Shown in pieces: positions 31,304 to 46,526 of a stretch of DNA of 64,000 bases (position 1 is the stretch's first letter; the number at the start of each line of letters is the position of its first letter). The position numbers were made by a program, and so were the translations under genes. Origin of the DNA: an uncultured Alphaproteobacteria bacterium (GTDB lineage: Bacteria; Pseudomonadota; Alphaproteobacteria; Rhizobiales; Methyloligellaceae); assembly GCA_963776655.1 (NCBI GenBank), contig CAVZNL010000004.1, positions 490,382 through 554,381 on the forward strand. Reading direction: 5' to 3'. The notes below the pieces were generated by a model that saw only the letters and a program-made list of their open reading frames with translations, was not told the DNA's origin and made no database searches.

Positions 31304-33455
31304 CTACTGCGCCATCACCAGGCAATCAGGCAGGCCTTGCGACTTGAGCTGGCTGCAGAGCTTGCTGGCGGCCGTCTTGTCGGTGATCGGACCGATGCGC
31401 AGCCGGTACCAGACCCCTTTGGTGCCAAGATCGGCCTTCTGCACGATGGGCCGGTAGCTGGCGAGGAGCGTCGGATATTTCTGCTGCATATCGGCGAAGC
31501 TTGCCAATGCCTCGGTCTGATTCTTCTTCGAGCCGACTTGCACGACATATTTGCTCCGAGCGGCGGCGGCCGGCGTCGCGGCGGCGGTCTGCTGCGGCTT
31601 TGCGGCAGGCTTGGGCTTGGGAGCCGGCGCCGGGGCGGCGACCTCTTGCGGCGCAGCCTGGGCCTCTTGCGGCTGAGCGGCGGCGGCCGGCGTTGGCGCA
31701 GCGGGCGCGGCAGGGGCCGCAGCCTCGGCCGGAGCAGCCTGGGCTGGAGCAGCCTGGGCTGGAGCAGCCTCGGCTGGAGCTGCCTCGGGAGCGGCCGGAA
31801 CAGGCGGCGTCTCGACGGAGCCGTCGGGACGCACGACCATCGTTTTCACCTTGCGTGGGCCACCGTCAGGCATCGCGGGGTCGTCAACCGCGGCCACGGG
31901 GATCGACGCGGCGCCAGGAAGCGCTTGAGTCGTGGGCGGGGCCGCATCGGTGGTTGCGACCGGCGCCGGCATTGCGGCCATATCGGGCCCGGGCAGAGCC
32001 GGCACGGCCACGTCTTCTTGACGCGACACAAGCCTCTCGGCCTCCGGCTCGTCGGCATTCTGCAAGCGGTCGTAAATCAGCTTGTTCTTGTGCGGGAATT
32101 CCTTCCCTCCCGGCTGATCGGGAACCTCCTTGACCGGACTGCTGTCGGCCTGGACCAGCGGAGGCGGCTCGCTGCCGAGGCCTCCTCCGCTCTGCTTATA
32201 GGCGAAGGCGAGCGCGCCGCCGAGGGCGATCGCGCCGAGCAGCGCACTTCCAACCATGAAGGCGCTACGGCTCTTGAGCGTCAGTCCAGTTTTGGCGGGT
32301 GCGCCAGGCGGCGGAAGGATTTGGCCTTCGTCGAGGAAATCGGCGTCGAGCCGCTCGCCCTCGTAGAACTCTTGGGGCTGACGGCGCGCGGGCTCCGTCG
32401 AACCCAAGGCAATCTGCGGCGGCTGATCGTAGATCGCGTCGAACGCCTGAAGCTGCCGCCTTGGGTCGATCTTCGGAAGCTGCTCGGCATAATCCGGCAA
32501 GGTGTCGTCGGCGAAGGATTCGAAGCCGTGATCGGAGTCGCCGGCCGGATGCCCGTAACCGTCGCGAGCAAGTTGCTCTTGATGATCGTGGGGGTGAGCG
32601 CTCGGAAAGACCTGCTCGGGAAAACTCGCGTCGAAACCTTGATGCTGCGGGTAGCCTGCCTCGGCGAAACTCTGATTGGCAAAATTCGCGTCGGCAAAGC
32701 TCTGATCGAAGCTCGTTTCGGGAAAGCTTGCGTCGCCCGCGCCCGAATTCGGGGAAACTTGCATCTGCAAAGCCCTGATCCCGGTAGGATTGGCCGTGGA
32801 GGCCCTGGGCACCGTCATAGCTCGAAGCCGGATAGGCCTGCGACCCGGAATGCTCGGCCCCGGAGAAGCCCGACGGGTGGGGCTGCTGATAGGCCTGGCC
32901 CCCAAATTCTGCCGGCTGGTAACTCGGCGCGGCGTGGTAACTGGGCGTCGCGTATTGCGAATTCTGGTAGCTCGGCGCGGCGCCGGGCTGAGGACTCTCA
33001 TAGCTCGCTGCCGGCTCGGCAAACGAGCTTGCATAGTTCAAGGGAGACGGCGCGTGCGGGCCCGGATAGCTCAGCCCCGAAGCGGGCTGCTGGCCGGACT
33101 GAGGCGGAAGAGGTTGAGCAGGCCGCTGCTGAGCGGCCGGGTAAGGCGCGTAGGCGGGCGGTTCGGGGATTTGCTGGCGCAGATCGGAGCCGCGGGTGAC
33201 GGGCGTATACGACGGCATCTGCGCAAAAACGGGGCTCCCCCCGCCAAACATCGGGCGCTGTCCGGTTGCCGGTCGGTCCGGTCTTCCCGCTCCTTGAGTC
33301 ATTAAGTTTACCTCGCTCGGCTGAGCATTGAGCGCATTGTTGCCCCAAGTCTGCGTGCCAGGGGCAGACGCCGTGCTCGGCCTATTGTTGAAATCCGTTT
33401 GCGACCCAGGGTCAGGATCGGCCTTGCGGCCAAATCCGTCATCTTGGCTAAACAT
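31304..33455 (-). CDS. Membrane-anchored SPOR-domain cell-division protein; apparent frameshift near 32743
   Basis: Low-complexity N-terminus, one TM (VGSALLGAIALGGALAFAY), PPLVQAD...KLIYDR, C-terminal SPOR (YVVQVGS...WYRLRIGP...C). Confidence 0.88.
31719..31793 (-). repeat. 15-bp tandem repeat x5 encoding APAEA/APAQA
   Basis: gcagcct(c/g)ggc(t/c)gga units in the SPOR linker. Confidence 0.8.
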
Positions 33456-33495
33456 GATAATCCCCCTTGAACCATCCCCCCTGCCCCGGATTGGC

Positions 33496-35256
33496 TCAGT
33501 GCAACTCGTGCATGGCGTGAACGCCGAGGATCCCCAAACCCGACGCCAGGACGCGCTTGGTAGCCGCTACGAGGGCAACGCGCGCGCGTGTTAACTCTCG
33601 GTCACTCTCGTAAATAAATCGTAATTGTGGCAAGTCTTTGCCTCGGCTCCACAGGGTGTGGAAGGCCCCCGCCAGGTCATACAGATAGAACCCGATGCGG
33701 TGGGGCTCGTGCGCGATCGACGCCGCCTCGACCAGGCGCGGGAAATGGGCGATGCGCCGGATCAGGGCCACCTCCCCCTCATCCGTCAGCCGGTCAAGAT
33801 CGCTCCTCGCCAACGCCCCCTCCTCGAGATCGAGATCCGGGAAGGTCTCCCGAACGTTACGCAGGACGGAACTCGCCCGTGCATGGGCGTACTGGACATA
33901 GAAGACCGGGTTGTCCCGCGACTGCTCGGTGACTTTGGCGAAGTCGAAATCGAGCGGCGCGTCGTTCTTGCGATAGAGCATCATGAAGCGAACGGGGCCA
34001 GCGCCCACCTCGTCCACAAGCTCCCTCAACGTGACGAACGTCCCGGCACGCTTGGACATCTTGACAGGCTCGCCGGCCCGAAACAAGCGGACCAGCTGAC
34101 AAATCTTGACGTCGAGCTCGGCCTCGCCGTCGGTCAGCGCGGCCATCGCCGCCTTCAAGCGCTTGACGTGGCCGCTATGGTCGGCGCCGAACACGTCGAT
34201 CATGGTCTTGAAGCCGCGCCTGAACTTGTCGCGGTGATAGGCAATGTCGCCGGCGAAATAGGCGTAGCCCCCATCGGATTTCACCAGCGGCCGGTCCATG
34301 TCGTCGCCGAACGCGGTGGAGCGGAACAGCAATTGCTCGCGGTCCTCCCAATCCTCGTCGACCTTGCCCTTGGGCGGCGGCAACCGTCCGCGATAGATCA
34401 GGCCCTTGGCCTTGAGATCGGCGATGGTCTCGGCGACCTCGTCGCGCGGTCCCTCCGTCAGCGATCGCTCGGAGGAGAAAACGTCGGGGCGGATGCCGAG
34501 CGCGCCGAGATCGTCTTCGATCATCACGAGCATCGCCTGCAGAGCCGCGGCCCGCGCGATGGGCAGCCAATCGCTTTCCGGCATGGCAAGAAGCTCTTTG
34601 CCGTGCTGGGTCGCGAGCTTCTCGCCGACCGGCTTGAGATAATCGCCGGGATAAAGCCCTTCCGGAATCGCGCCGATCTTTTCGCCGAGCGCTTCGCGAT
34701 AGCGCAAGAATGCAGAGCGCGCGAGCGCATCGACCTGAGCGCCCGCGTCGTTGACATAATATTCGCGGGTCACTGCAAAGCCGGTGAAGGCGAGAAGATT
34801 GGCGAGCGCATCGCCGAACACCGCGCCCCGGCAATGGCCGACATGCATGGGGCCGGTCGGGTTGGCCGACACATATTCGATGTTCACCGCTTCCCCTTTG
34901 CCGATCGAGCTCCTGCCGTAAGCGGCGCCCTGTTCGAGCACCATGCGCAGCACGCTCGGCCAAAAGGCCGAGGCAAGCGTCAGATTGATGAAGCCGGGTC
35001 CCGCGATGTCGACCTTGTCGATGTGACGGTCGGAGGCGAGCAGCGGCACGATCCGCTCGGCCAAGGCACGGGGCGGCACGCCCGCGGCCTTGGCGAGCAC
35101 CATGGCCGCATTGGTGGCGAGATCGCCATGCGAAGCGTCCTTCGGCGGTTCGAGCGTGATCCCTTCGATGCTCGCTTCGGCCGGGACCACGCCGTCATGC
35201 TTAAGCTGCTGGACCGCGGCGAGAACGCGCCCGTGGAACCCTGCAAAAACGTCCAT
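33496..35256 (-). CDS. argS: Arginine--tRNA ligase
   Basis: [30 protein letters not shown]. Confidence 0.98.
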   Translation of the reverse strand: MDVFAGFHGRVLAAVQQLKHDGVVPAEASIEGITLEPPKDASHGDLATNAAMVLAKAAGVPPRALAERIVPLLASDRHIDKVDIAGPGFINLTLASAFWPSVLRMVLEQGAAYGRSSIGKGEAVNIEYVSANPTGPMHVGHCRGAVFGDALANLLAFTGFAVTREYYVNDAGAQVDALARSAFLRYREALGEKIGAIPEGLYPGDYLKPVGEKLATQHGKELLAMPESDWLPIARAAALQAMLVMIEDDLGALGIRPDVFSSERSLTEGPRDEVAETIADLKAKGLIYRGRLPPPKGKVDEDWEDREQLLFRSTAFGDDMDRPLVKSDGGYAYFAGDIAYHRDKFRRGFKTMIDVFGADHSGHVKRLKAAMAALTDGEAELDVKICQLVRLFRAGEPVKMSKRAGTFVTLRELVDEVGAGPVRFMMLYRKNDAPLDFDFAKVTEQSRDNPVFYVQYAHARASSVLRNVRETFPDLDLEEGALARSDLDRLTDEGEVALIRRIAHFPRLVEAASIAHEPHRIGFYLYDLAGAFHTLWSRGKDLPQLRFIYESDRELTRARVALVAATKRVLASGLGILGVHAMHELH

Positions 35257-35285
35257 GAAAGCTCCGGAGCGATTATGGGGCGCGA

Positions 35286-36542
35286 CTAACGCAAATCGGG
35301 GGTGGCGTCAAACAGGCGGCGATGCTCGGCAAGCGCGAAGCGATCGGTCATGCCGGCGATGAAGTCGGCGACGTGGCGGGCATAGGCACGCGTGCCCTGC
35401 GGCGGCGCTTCCCCGCGCCAGTCGGGCGGGAGCGCCTCGGGCTCGGCGCCGTAACGCTGGAACAAGTCACGCACCACACGCTCGGCGTCGGCCATGACGC
35501 GAACGATGCGCTCATGCCGATAAACGCGCGCGAAGAGGAAGGCGCGAAGGCCGTCGAGATCGCGGCGCATCGCCTCGGAAAAGGCGACGACGGCGTGCGG
35601 CGCGGCGCGTATGCCGGCGGCGCTCAGGGGCTTGAGCGCCGCAATCCGCCGCCCGCTCTCGGCGACGGCGTCTTCGATCATCGCGCTGATCAGTCGGCGA
35701 ATGGCTTCATAAAGGAGCCGCGTGCCGTCGATCCCGGGATAAGCTTCCCGCACCTCGGTGAGGGCGCGCGCCGCGATCGGCACTTCGGCAAGCTCGGCGA
35801 AGGTGAAGAAGCCGGCGCGGTATCCGTCATCGACGTCGTGATTGTTATAGGCGATGTCGTCGGCGAGAGCGGCGGCTTGGGCCTCGACCGAGGCGAAGGT
35901 CGCAAGTTCGAGGTCGTGCCTGGCGCAATAGTCGCGGATCGGCTCCGGCACCTCGCGCGGCTGGGCGGCGCGGGGCCCTGTCAGCGGACCGTTATGCTTG
36001 ACCAGGCCTTCGAGCGTCTCCCAGGTGAGGTTGAGGCCGTCGAAGCGCGCGTATTTCTTCTCCAAGGCGGCGACCACGCGCAGCGACTGGGCATTGTGGT
36101 CGAAGCCGCCGGACTCCGTCATTGCGGCATCGAGCGCGCGCTCGCCGGCATGGCCGAAGGGCGGATGGCCGAGATCGTGAGCGAGCGCAAGCGCCTCGGT
36201 GAGATCCTCGTCGACTCCGAGCGTCCGCGCGAGCGCGCGGGCGATCTGCGCCACTTCGAGGGTGTGGGTCAGGCGCGAGCGGTAGTGATCGCCTTCGTGA
36301 TAGATGAAGACCTGGGTCTTGTAGTTGAGCCGCCGGAAGGCCGTCGCGTGCAGGATGCGGTCGCGGTCGCGGGCATACGGCGAGCGCGTAGGGCAAGGCG
36401 GCTCGGGCTCAAGCCGGCCGCGGCTTGTGCCGGGATCGACGGCGTAAGGGGCGCGGGCGCGCGGTCCCTCTCCCGCGGCGGCGCGACCCCCTTCCCGCGC
36501 CGGACTGGTCCCCTCGGCCTTGGCTTCACGGTCGATTGACAA
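35286..36542 (-). CDS. dgt: Deoxyguanosinetriphosphate triphosphohydrolase (start uncertain)
   Basis: [49 protein letters not shown]. Confidence 0.95.
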   Translation of the reverse strand: MSIDREAKAEGTSPAREGGRAAAGEGPRARAPYAVDPGTSRGRLEPEPPCPTRSPYARDRDRILHATAFRRLNYKTQVFIYHEGDHYRSRLTHTLEVAQIARALARTLGVDEDLTEALALAHDLGHPPFGHAGERALDAAMTESGGFDHNAQSLRVVAALEKKYARFDGLNLTWETLEGLVKHNGPLTGPRAAQPREVPEPIRDYCARHDLELATFASVEAQAAALADDIAYNNHDVDDGYRAGFFTFAELAEVPIAARALTEVREAYPGIDGTRLLYEAIRRLISAMIEDAVAESGRRIAALKPLSAAGIRAAPHAVVAFSEAMRRDLDGLRAFLFARVYRHERIVRVMADAERVVRDLFQRYGAEPEALPPDWRGEAPPQGTRAYARHVADFIAGMTDRFALAEHRRLFDATPDLR

Positions 36543-36587
36543 GCGCCGTTACCACCCTATGTTTCAATGAAATTGGCTACACCCAAG

Positions 36588-36920
36588 ATGAGCGAAGCGT
36601 CCATCACCATAAGCGAGCGCGCCGCGAGCCGCATCGCCGAGATCCTCAAGGCCGAGGCGGCCTCTGCCCTGTTCCGCGTGAGCGTCGAGGGCGGCGGCTG
36701 CTCCGGCTTCCAGTACCGCTTCGATCTGGTGGCGGAGCGCGCCCCCGACGATCTCCTGATCGAACGGGGCGGCGCCCGGGTGGTGGTCGATCCCGTCTCG
36801 CTCGGATTCATGCACGGTGCCGAGCTCGATTTCGCCGACGATCTGATCGGTGCCCAGTTCAAGTTGAACAACCCGAACGTCACCGCCGCCTGCGGCTGCG
36901 GCACCAGCTTCTCGATCTAG
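36588..36920 (+). CDS. erpA: Iron-sulfur cluster insertion protein (HesB/IscA family)
   Basis: VEGGGCSGFQY...NPNVTAACGCGTSF. Confidence 0.92.
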   Translation: MSEASITISERAASRIAEILKAEAASALFRVSVEGGGCSGFQYRFDLVAERAPDDLLIERGGARVVVDPVSLGFMHGAELDFADDLIGAQFKLNNPNVTAACGCGTSFSI

Positions 36921-36952
36921 TGGAAATCGCCTGTCCACCTGAGGGAGATTAT

Positions 36953-37109
36953 CCCTTCCCTTGATGGGGAGGGCGGCGAGGCCAAAGGCCGAGCCGGATG
37001 GGGTGACGATCTTTCAATGCGCTGCGGCTTGACCGCCTTGCGCTTGAAGCGCAAGCCCCCCACCCCGACGCCGCCTTCGGCGGCGTCGGACCTCCCCCCA
37101 GGGGGAGGT
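36953..37109. repeat. Multi-hairpin intergenic repeat, same family as 10723-10856
   Basis: CCCTTCCCTTGATGGGGAGGG...CCCCACCCC...ACCTCCCCCAGGGGGAGGT. Confidence 0.78.
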
Positions 37110-37154
37110 AAGGAGAGGGTGCTCGCGTTTGATGCTTTGCGGCGCTTGGGTTAC

Positions 37155-37219
37155 TGGATGCCCGGACTCGAGCCTGCGGCCGGGCCGGCGGAGCCGGACC
37201 CGGGTGTCCGGGCATGACG
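37155..37219. repeat. RPE-like half element with an inserted loop module
   Basis: TGGATGCCCGGAC...[GAGCCTG...CCCGGG]...GTCCGGGCATGACG. Confidence 0.7.
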
Positions 37220-37242
37220 AGATGACGGTTAACGCCACCCCC

Positions 37243-38025
37243 ATGAAGATCGCGACCTGGAACATCAACGGCATCAAGGCGCGCATCGAGGCCGCCACGA
37301 CATGGCTCAAGGGAGCTTCCCCCGATATCGCCTGTCTCCAGGAGATCAAATGCGTCGACGAGGCGTTCCCCAAGGACCTGTTCGAGGAGCTTGGCTATAA
37401 CGTCGCCGTGCACGGGCAGAAGGGCTTCAACGGCGTGGCGCTTCTTTCGAAGCTTCCCTTCGACGAGGTTCGCCCCAGGCTCGCCGGCGATCCCGACGAC
37501 GTGCAGGCGCGCTATCTCGAAGCGGTGATCTCGGTCCCTTCAGGCGCGCTCCGTCTCATCAATATCTACCTGCCGAACGGCAATCCGTTCGGCACCGAGA
37601 AGTTCGCTTACAAGCTCGCCTGGATGACGCGGCTCAAGGAGCGCGTGAAAGGGCTGCTTGCCAACGAGGAGAAGATGGTCGTCGCCGGCGACTTCAATGT
37701 GATCCCTGCGCCGGAGGACGTCTACAATCCGAGTGCGTGGATGGATGACGCCCTGTTCCGGCCCGAGACCCGCGCCCATTTCCAGGCGCTCCTCAATCTC
37801 GGGCTGACGGACGCCTTCCGCGCCTGTCACGACGAGCCGCATCGTTACACGTTCTGGGACTATCAGGCCGGCGCCTTCCAGAAGAACCAGGGCTTGCGCA
37901 TCGACCACCTGCTGCTGTCGCCACAAGCCGCGGACCGGCTCCAGGCCTGTGAGATCGACGCCGGCCCTCGCAGCTGGGAGAAGCCGTCGGATCACGTGCC
38001 GATCGTGGCGGAACTCGCCCTTTAG
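37243..38025 (+). CDS. xth: Exodeoxyribonuclease III
   Basis: MKIATWNING, LQEIK, GDFNV, YTFWDY, GLRIDHLL, SDHVP. Confidence 0.97.
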   Translation: MKIATWNINGIKARIEAATTWLKGASPDIACLQEIKCVDEAFPKDLFEELGYNVAVHGQKGFNGVALLSKLPFDEVRPRLAGDPDDVQARYLEAVISVPSGALRLINIYLPNGNPFGTEKFAYKLAWMTRLKERVKGLLANEEKMVVAGDFNVIPAPEDVYNPSAWMDDALFRPETRAHFQALLNLGLTDAFRACHDEPHRYTFWDYQAGAFQKNQGLRIDHLLLSPQAADRLQACEIDAGPRSWEKPSDHVPIVAELAL

Positions 38026-38054
38026 GCCTGCCTCGTGTTGCGGCTCGAGAGACC

Positions 38055-39012
38055 CTAAGGCTTCTGCGCGCCGGGCCCGGCATTGCCGCCGAAGCCGACG
38101 GAAAGCCCGATCGGGGCGGGCGCCCGGCCGCTCGCGGCCAAGGGCCGCATCGGAACCCGCCGTGACAGGTTTCTCGACGTCCTCGGCAGCCGGAATGGCA
38201 AGGATTTCCGCCGGGCTCGCCTTGACGCCGCCGAGTTCCGTTAACAGCGCTTGGGCACCCTTGCGGGTCGGGGTGTCGGACGTGGCGAAGGCTTCCTTAT
38301 AGAGCGCGCCGATCCACTTCCGCTCTTTCCCGTCGGCCATGGCATTCTCATGCGCGAGGATGATCAAGGCGAGACCCCGCGCGCGTCTTTCCGGGACCTC
38401 CTGGCCGCGCCACAGAATCTCGCCGAGCGTCGCTTGCGACGCCGCGTGCTGCTTCTTGGCGGCGATGGCAAGCCAATTGACGGCCAGCCCCACATTCTTC
38501 TCGACGCCGGTCCCGTTCATATAGAGACGGGCGAGCCGGTACTGCGCTTCGGCGTTGCCGAAATAGCTCGCGGCATGGCGGAACAGATCCGCCGCATAGG
38601 ACGGATTGGCCGCAAGCGGCAGCGAAGGAATGCCGTCCAAATAATATTGGCCGAGGGCGACGAAAGCCTCGGCGGCATATTTTGCGACGGGACTTGTCGG
38701 GCTGATGTCGGCCTGCTGGTCGGCGATCTGCTCGAAATAGGAGAACGCCTTGGCGTCGTCCTTCGGCATGTCCCGGCCCGAGGCGTAGCCGCGCGCGAGC
38801 TTGACCTGCGCACCGAGCACGCCGCGCTTGGCGGCATATTCGAGCGCCGGCATTGCCGTGACCGGGCGCCCGGCCTTGAGCGCCTTCACGCCCTGGCGAT
38901 ACGCCTCGGTGGCTGAGGGATAAGGCGGCGGGTCGTCAGCCGCGACCGCGATCGAGCCTATCGTCACGAGGGCAGCCAGCGCCCCCAACGCCCATCTGTT
39001 ACACATCAGCAT
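38055..39012 (-). CDS. exoR: Periplasmic Sel1-repeat protein, ExoR-like; apparent frameshift near 38135
   Basis: Sel1 repeats ([30 protein letters not shown]); conserved position beside xth; second frame ends [13 protein letters not shown]. Confidence 0.75.
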
Positions 39013-40723
39013 AGCACGCAACTTCCACTCCACCGCCGGGATGGGTCACGGCACCGGTCCGCGCCGGCCCAACCTCGTTCGCATATTTCCACAAGGTGCC
39101 GCTGGTGAACGCCATCGGCGGCGCCTTCCACGCCTTGGCACGCTTTTTCAGCTCAGCCTCGTCAAGCTCGACATCGAGGGTGCCTTTCTCGGCGTCGAGC
39201 ACGATCATGTCGCCGTCGCGGAGGAGCGCGATCGGCCCGCCGACCGCCGCCTCGGGCCCGACATGCCCGACGCAGAAGCCGCGCGTGGCGCCCGAGAAGC
39301 GCCCGTCGGTGATGAGCGCGACCTTGTCGCCCATGCCCTGGCCGTAGAGGGCTGCGGTCGTGGACAGCATCTCGCGCATGCCGGGGCCGCCTTTCGGGCC
39401 CTCATAGCGGATGACGATGACGTCGCCTTCCTCGTAGCGCTTGGCGCTCACAGCGGCGAAGGCGTCTTCCTCGCAATCGAAGCAGCGCGCAGGGCCGCGG
39501 AATTTCAGTCCCTTCATGCCGGCCACCTTGACGATGGCCCCGTCGGGGGCGAGCGAGCCCGTTAGCCCCACCACGCCGCCGGTCGGCAGGATTGGATCGT
39601 TGGCCGGCCGCACCACGTCCTGGTCCGGATTCCATTTCACCTTGGCGAGGTTTTCTTTCAGGCTCCGGCCCGTCACGGTCAGGACCTCGCCGTGCAAATA
39701 GCCGTGATCGAGAAGGGTCTTGAGCAGGAGCGGCACCCCGCCAGCTTCGAACAAGTCCTTGGCGACATAGCGGCCGGACGGTTTCAAATCCGCGATATAA
39801 GGTGTCCGTTTCATGACCTCGGCCACGGCGAACAGGTCGAAGTCGATGCCGCATTCATGCGCGATCGCGGGCAGATGGAGCGCGGCGTTGGTCGAGCCGC
39901 CGGTCGCGGCGACGATTGCGGCGGCATTCTCGAGCGCCTTGCGGGTGACGATGTCGCGCGGCCGGATGTTCAGGGCGATGAGATCCATGATCTTTTCGCC
40001 CGCAGCCTCGCAGAACCGGTCCCTGATCTCGTAAGGCGCCGGCGCGCCGGCCGAATAGGGCAGCGCAAGGCCGATGGCTTCGGAGACGCACGCCATCGTG
40101 TTGGCGGTGAATTGCGCCCCGCACGCCCCAGCCGACGGGCAGGCCACCTGCTCAAGCTCGTCGAGATCCTCCGTCGACATCTTGCCGACCGAATACTGGC
40201 CGACGGCCTCGAACAGATCCTGCACGGTGACGGGGCGCCCCTTGAACGTGCCGGGGAGGATCGAGCCGCCGTAGATGAAGATCGACGGAACGTTGAGCCT
40301 GCACATGGCCATCATCATGCCGGGCAGGGATTTGTCGCAGCCCGCCACGCCGATCAGCGCATCGTAGCAATGGCCCCGCATGGTGAGCTCGACGCTGTCG
40401 GCTATGACCTCGCGTGACGGCAGCGAGGACTTCATGCCCTGATGACCCATGGCGATGCCGTCGGTCACGGTGATGGTGCAGAACTCGCGCGGCGTCCCAT
40501 TGGCGGCAACCACACCCGCCTTGACGGCTTTCGCCTGGCGCATCAGCGCGATGTTGCAGGGCGCGGCCTCGTTCCAGCAGGTGGCGACGCCGACAAAGGG
40601 CTGGTGGATCTGCTCGCGCGACAGCCCCATCGCGTAATAGTACGAGCGGTGGGGGGCCCGGGACGGGCCCTCGGTCACATGCCGGCTCGGCAAGCGCGAC
40701 TTATCGAACGTCTTCGCGTCCAT
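38999..40723 (-). CDS. ilvD: Dihydroxy-acid dehydratase
   Basis: [44 protein letters not shown]. Confidence 0.98.
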   Translation of the reverse strand: MDAKTFDKSRLPSRHVTEGPSRAPHRSYYYAMGLSREQIHQPFVGVATCWNEAAPCNIALMRQAKAVKAGVVAANGTPREFCTITVTDGIAMGHQGMKSSLPSREVIADSVELTMRGHCYDALIGVAGCDKSLPGMMMAMCRLNVPSIFIYGGSILPGTFKGRPVTVQDLFEAVGQYSVGKMSTEDLDELEQVACPSAGACGAQFTANTMACVSEAIGLALPYSAGAPAPYEIRDRFCEAAGEKIMDLIALNIRPRDIVTRKALENAAAIVAATGGSTNAALHLPAIAHECGIDFDLFAVAEVMKRTPYIADLKPSGRYVAKDLFEAGGVPLLLKTLLDHGYLHGEVLTVTGRSLKENLAKVKWNPDQDVVRPANDPILPTGGVVGLTGSLAPDGAIVKVAGMKGLKFRGPARCFDCEEDAFAAVSAKRYEEGDVIVIRYEGPKGGPGMREMLSTTAALYGQGMGDKVALITDGRFSGATRGFCVGHVGPEAAVGGPIALLRDGDMIVLDAEKGTLDVELDEAELKKRAKAWKAPPMAFTSGTLWKYANEVGPARTGAVTHPGGGVEVACYADV

Positions 40724-41062
40724 CTGCTAACGCCCGGATGAGGTGCGAGGGGAATATGTGGCTTGAGCCGCTCTTCCCCAATGGCCCGGCCTGTCGTTTT
40801 CTCCTGGCTCGTCCCCCGTTTGAGCCTCGGAAAGCGTTCCGGCCGACGCGCCTCCTGCAAGTCCTCGATGTGTCAAAGTTTTATGGCGCAAACGAGGCGA
40901 AAATGCCGCAGGTTGTTGCAATTAGGCTACAGTTGTCGAGATTTTAGGTGAGCAAGGTAAATTCTTCGCTTGCGCTTGCATTAAGGGGCGGAAAGGGCAA
41001 AACCCCTCCCTCTGCCGCGCACGCGCCCGCCAAGGCTCTTGCCGGCTTTAACGGGGAAATCA

Positions 41063-41902
41063 ATGGCGAAAATTGCAGAGCGTGCCCCGCCTCGCCGGCC
41101 GCAGCCGAGGCAAAAGCGAGAACGCCTGAAAGCGACGGCGCAGCCTCATCTTCCCGATCCGAGGCGCGCCAAGGGTCCGTTCCGGCCCTTCACCTCCGAT
41201 CCCGGCTGGAACGAGGCTTGGTGGTGGCTCGGCATTCCTCTCGCCGCCGCGCTCTTTGTGATCGGGACCTATTGGATCGATGCGGATTGGCATCGGCGGT
41301 GGATCACCGCGGAATCCGGCGTCCTGGAAACGGCGCAGTTCATTCTCATGGTCGTCGGCCTCGCAGTCGCCGTGCAGCTCCTGTTCGATCCCTTCGTGCG
41401 GCGCCGCCCTCTGGTGCTCGCCGTCACCGCTCTGGCGGCGCTGGCATGTCTCTTTATCGGGGGCGAGGAGGTGAGCTGGGGCCAGCACATTTTCTTCTGG
41501 CAGGATCAGAGCCTCGTCACCGCGGTCAACGACGAAGGCGAGCTCAGCCTTCACAACATGAACAAGGGCTTCGAACGGCTGCCGCGCACCTTGCTTGAAA
41601 TCGGAGTCGTCGCCGGAGGGTTGCTTGTCCCCCTCTTCTGCGCATACGCCCCTTGGCTCAGGCAAAGCCGGATGGCGCTGTTCCTGCCCCCCGCAGCTTT
41701 GGTGCCGGCAGCGCTGTTGGCGGTCGCGTTCAAGGGTGCCGGGATGCTCGCGACTCATCTCGGAGCGAGCGTTGCCGCCCGCCCAAGCGAGGCGGTCGAA
41801 GTCTTCCTCTACTTCTTCATGATGGCTTACCTGATCGTGTTCGAGCGGCGCATCCGCGAGCTCGAGACGGAAGGCTCGGGCGCCGAAACCAATAAGGCAT
41901 GA
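41063..41902 (+). CDS. Uncharacterised multi-pass membrane protein, paralog 1
   Basis: Multiple TM segments; GEEVSWGQH and ELSLHN motifs. Confidence 0.8.
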   Translation: MAKIAERAPPRRPQPRQKRERLKATAQPHLPDPRRAKGPFRPFTSDPGWNEAWWWLGIPLAAALFVIGTYWIDADWHRRWITAESGVLETAQFILMVVGLAVAVQLLFDPFVRRRPLVLAVTALAALACLFIGGEEVSWGQHIFFWQDQSLVTAVNDEGELSLHNMNKGFERLPRTLLEIGVVAGGLLVPLFCAYAPWLRQSRMALFLPPAALVPAALLAVAFKGAGMLATHLGASVAARPSEAVEVFLYFFMMAYLIVFERRIRELETEGSGAETNKA

Positions 41903-42675
41903 ACCCGATGGCGGAGCCTCATCTTCCCGATCCGAGGCGCGCGAAGGGTCCCTATCGGCCCTTCGCCTCCGACCCCGCCTGGAACGAGGCGTGGTGGTGG
42001 CTCGGCCTGCCCGTCCTCGTTGCGGCGTTCACGGTCGGGACGTATCAGGTCGCGCCGGATTGGTACCAGCGCTACGTCCGTCCGGAAGGGTATGGCATTC
42101 TTGAAATTTCGCACTTCCTCATCCCGCTGTTCGGTCTCTTGATCGCGGGCGGCCTGCTGTTTCTGCCCTTCGTCAGGGCGCGGCCCCTCGTCTTCAGCGT
42201 GGCGCTGCTCGGCGCGTTGAGCTGCATCTACATCGCCGGCGAAGAGATGAGCTGGGGCCAGCATATCTTTCAGTGGAACACGCCCGAGTACTGGGCGATG
42301 GTCAATCGGCAGCAAGAGACCAATCTGCACAACACCTATGCCATCTTCGAAAAGATCCCGCGCACAATCCTCGAACTCCTGATTTTTGCCGGCGGCCTGC
42401 TTGTGCCGCTCGCCGCCGTTTTTTACCCCTGGCTCCGCAGCGCACGCTTGTCGCTGTTCTTGCCTGCGGCGGCGCTGGTGCCGACGGCGCTCGGCGCCAC
42501 AATCTTCAAGGTGATCGACCGGCTCCAGCAAGGCAACTACGTGCCGACCGTCGTCTACCGGCCGAGCGAGACCATCGAGACCTATCTCTATTTCTTTATC
42601 TTCGCCTATCTCCTGATCTTCGCGCGCCGCATCAAAGAGCTCCAAACTGGCGGAAGGCGCGCTGCCGAGGTGAGA

Positions 42676-42702
<27 letters not shown>
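41899..42702 (+). CDS. Uncharacterised multi-pass membrane protein, paralog 2
   Basis: [19 protein letters not shown]; ATGA overlap with paralog 1. Confidence 0.82.
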
Positions 42703-45408
<2,706 letters not shown>

Positions 45409-45484
45409 TGAGGCGGGCCGGACGTAAAGGTCGATCGGCCCGCGTCCTACGCGCTTGCCTTCCGCACTGTCAACTCAAGAGGGC

Positions 45485-46448
45485 TTATTCGCCTTGGCCG
45501 CGCGCCCGGCGTTCGCCAAGCTCGTCCTTAAGCGCGGAGGTCACCATGCGTGGCATGTGCTCGTCGAGCCATTGCCTGAGCATCGGGCGGAGCATGTCCT
45601 TGACGCTGTCCTCGAGCGATTTGTGCGAGGTGTCGAGCGGCGAGGCGTCATGCGAGCCGCCATTGCCGCGGGCGGCGGGACGCTCGGGCTCGACCAGCGG
45701 CTCAGGAGCTCGAGCCCAAGGCACCGTCTCAATCGGCTCGAAGGCGCTTTCCTCGGGATTGCTCTCGACCGGCGGCTCGACCACGACGGTCTCCTCGACG
45801 ATCGTCTCCGCAATGAAGTCCGTCATGACCAATTGCGGCTCCGGTTCGAGGTCAAAAGCCGCATCAGGCTCAGGAGCGGGTTCAGTCTCAGGAGCAGATT
45901 CGACCGCCGCCTCGGGCGGAGGCGCCCAAGATTGCGGTGCAGGCGCGGGCTCGGCCGCGGGCATGAACTCGGAAACCGAGGTCGGAAGCTGTCCGGCCCG
46001 CAAGGCGGCGATTGCCCGCTCGAGTGCCGACGCGGCCTCTTCGCTCGCCGAGAGCGGCGGCGCGACCTCGGCTTGCGCTGCGGGTGTCTCAGATTCGGCT
46101 GCCGTCGCGCATCGCCGGTTGCGCGATCTCGGACGGGGGCATCTCGACCGGTGCGGTCACTTCTGCGACCAGCACCTCCTCGAAGATTTCCGCTCCGCCA
46201 AGCTCGGCCGTGAGGTCGAGGATGTCCTCTTCGTCCTCGACCGGAGGCTGGCTGCTGCTCAGCACGCGCGCGATGTCGTCGATGATCTTGTCGTCGGCCT
46301 CGCCTTCGGCAGTCTCGAGACCCTCGTCGTGTTGCTGCTTGGCGGGACGCTGCCGTTCCGAACTCAACTCGTCGTCAGAGATGATCCGACGGATGGAGGC
46401 TAAAATCTCCTCCATTGTCGGCTCAGGAGCCCGCTCAGTGCTGCTCAT
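45485..46448 (-). CDS. popZ: Polar organizing protein PopZ (DUF2497); apparent frameshift near 46115
   Basis: EPTMEEILASIRRII; Pro/Glu-rich linker; SLEDSVKDMLRPMLRQWLDEHMP; tolC-popZ-valS synteny. Confidence 0.92.
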
Positions 46449-46526
46449 CACTTGATCCCTTGCCGCCATATCAAACCCCCGCATTACCCGGCGGTCAAAA
46501 CACCAGGGTCGGCTTCTCTTTCTAGC

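Noticed and set aside
37540-39033. 497-aa ORF overlapping xth by ~490 bp
   Set aside because: Read-through caused by a frameshift near 38135; the natural ExoR-like stop is at 38055
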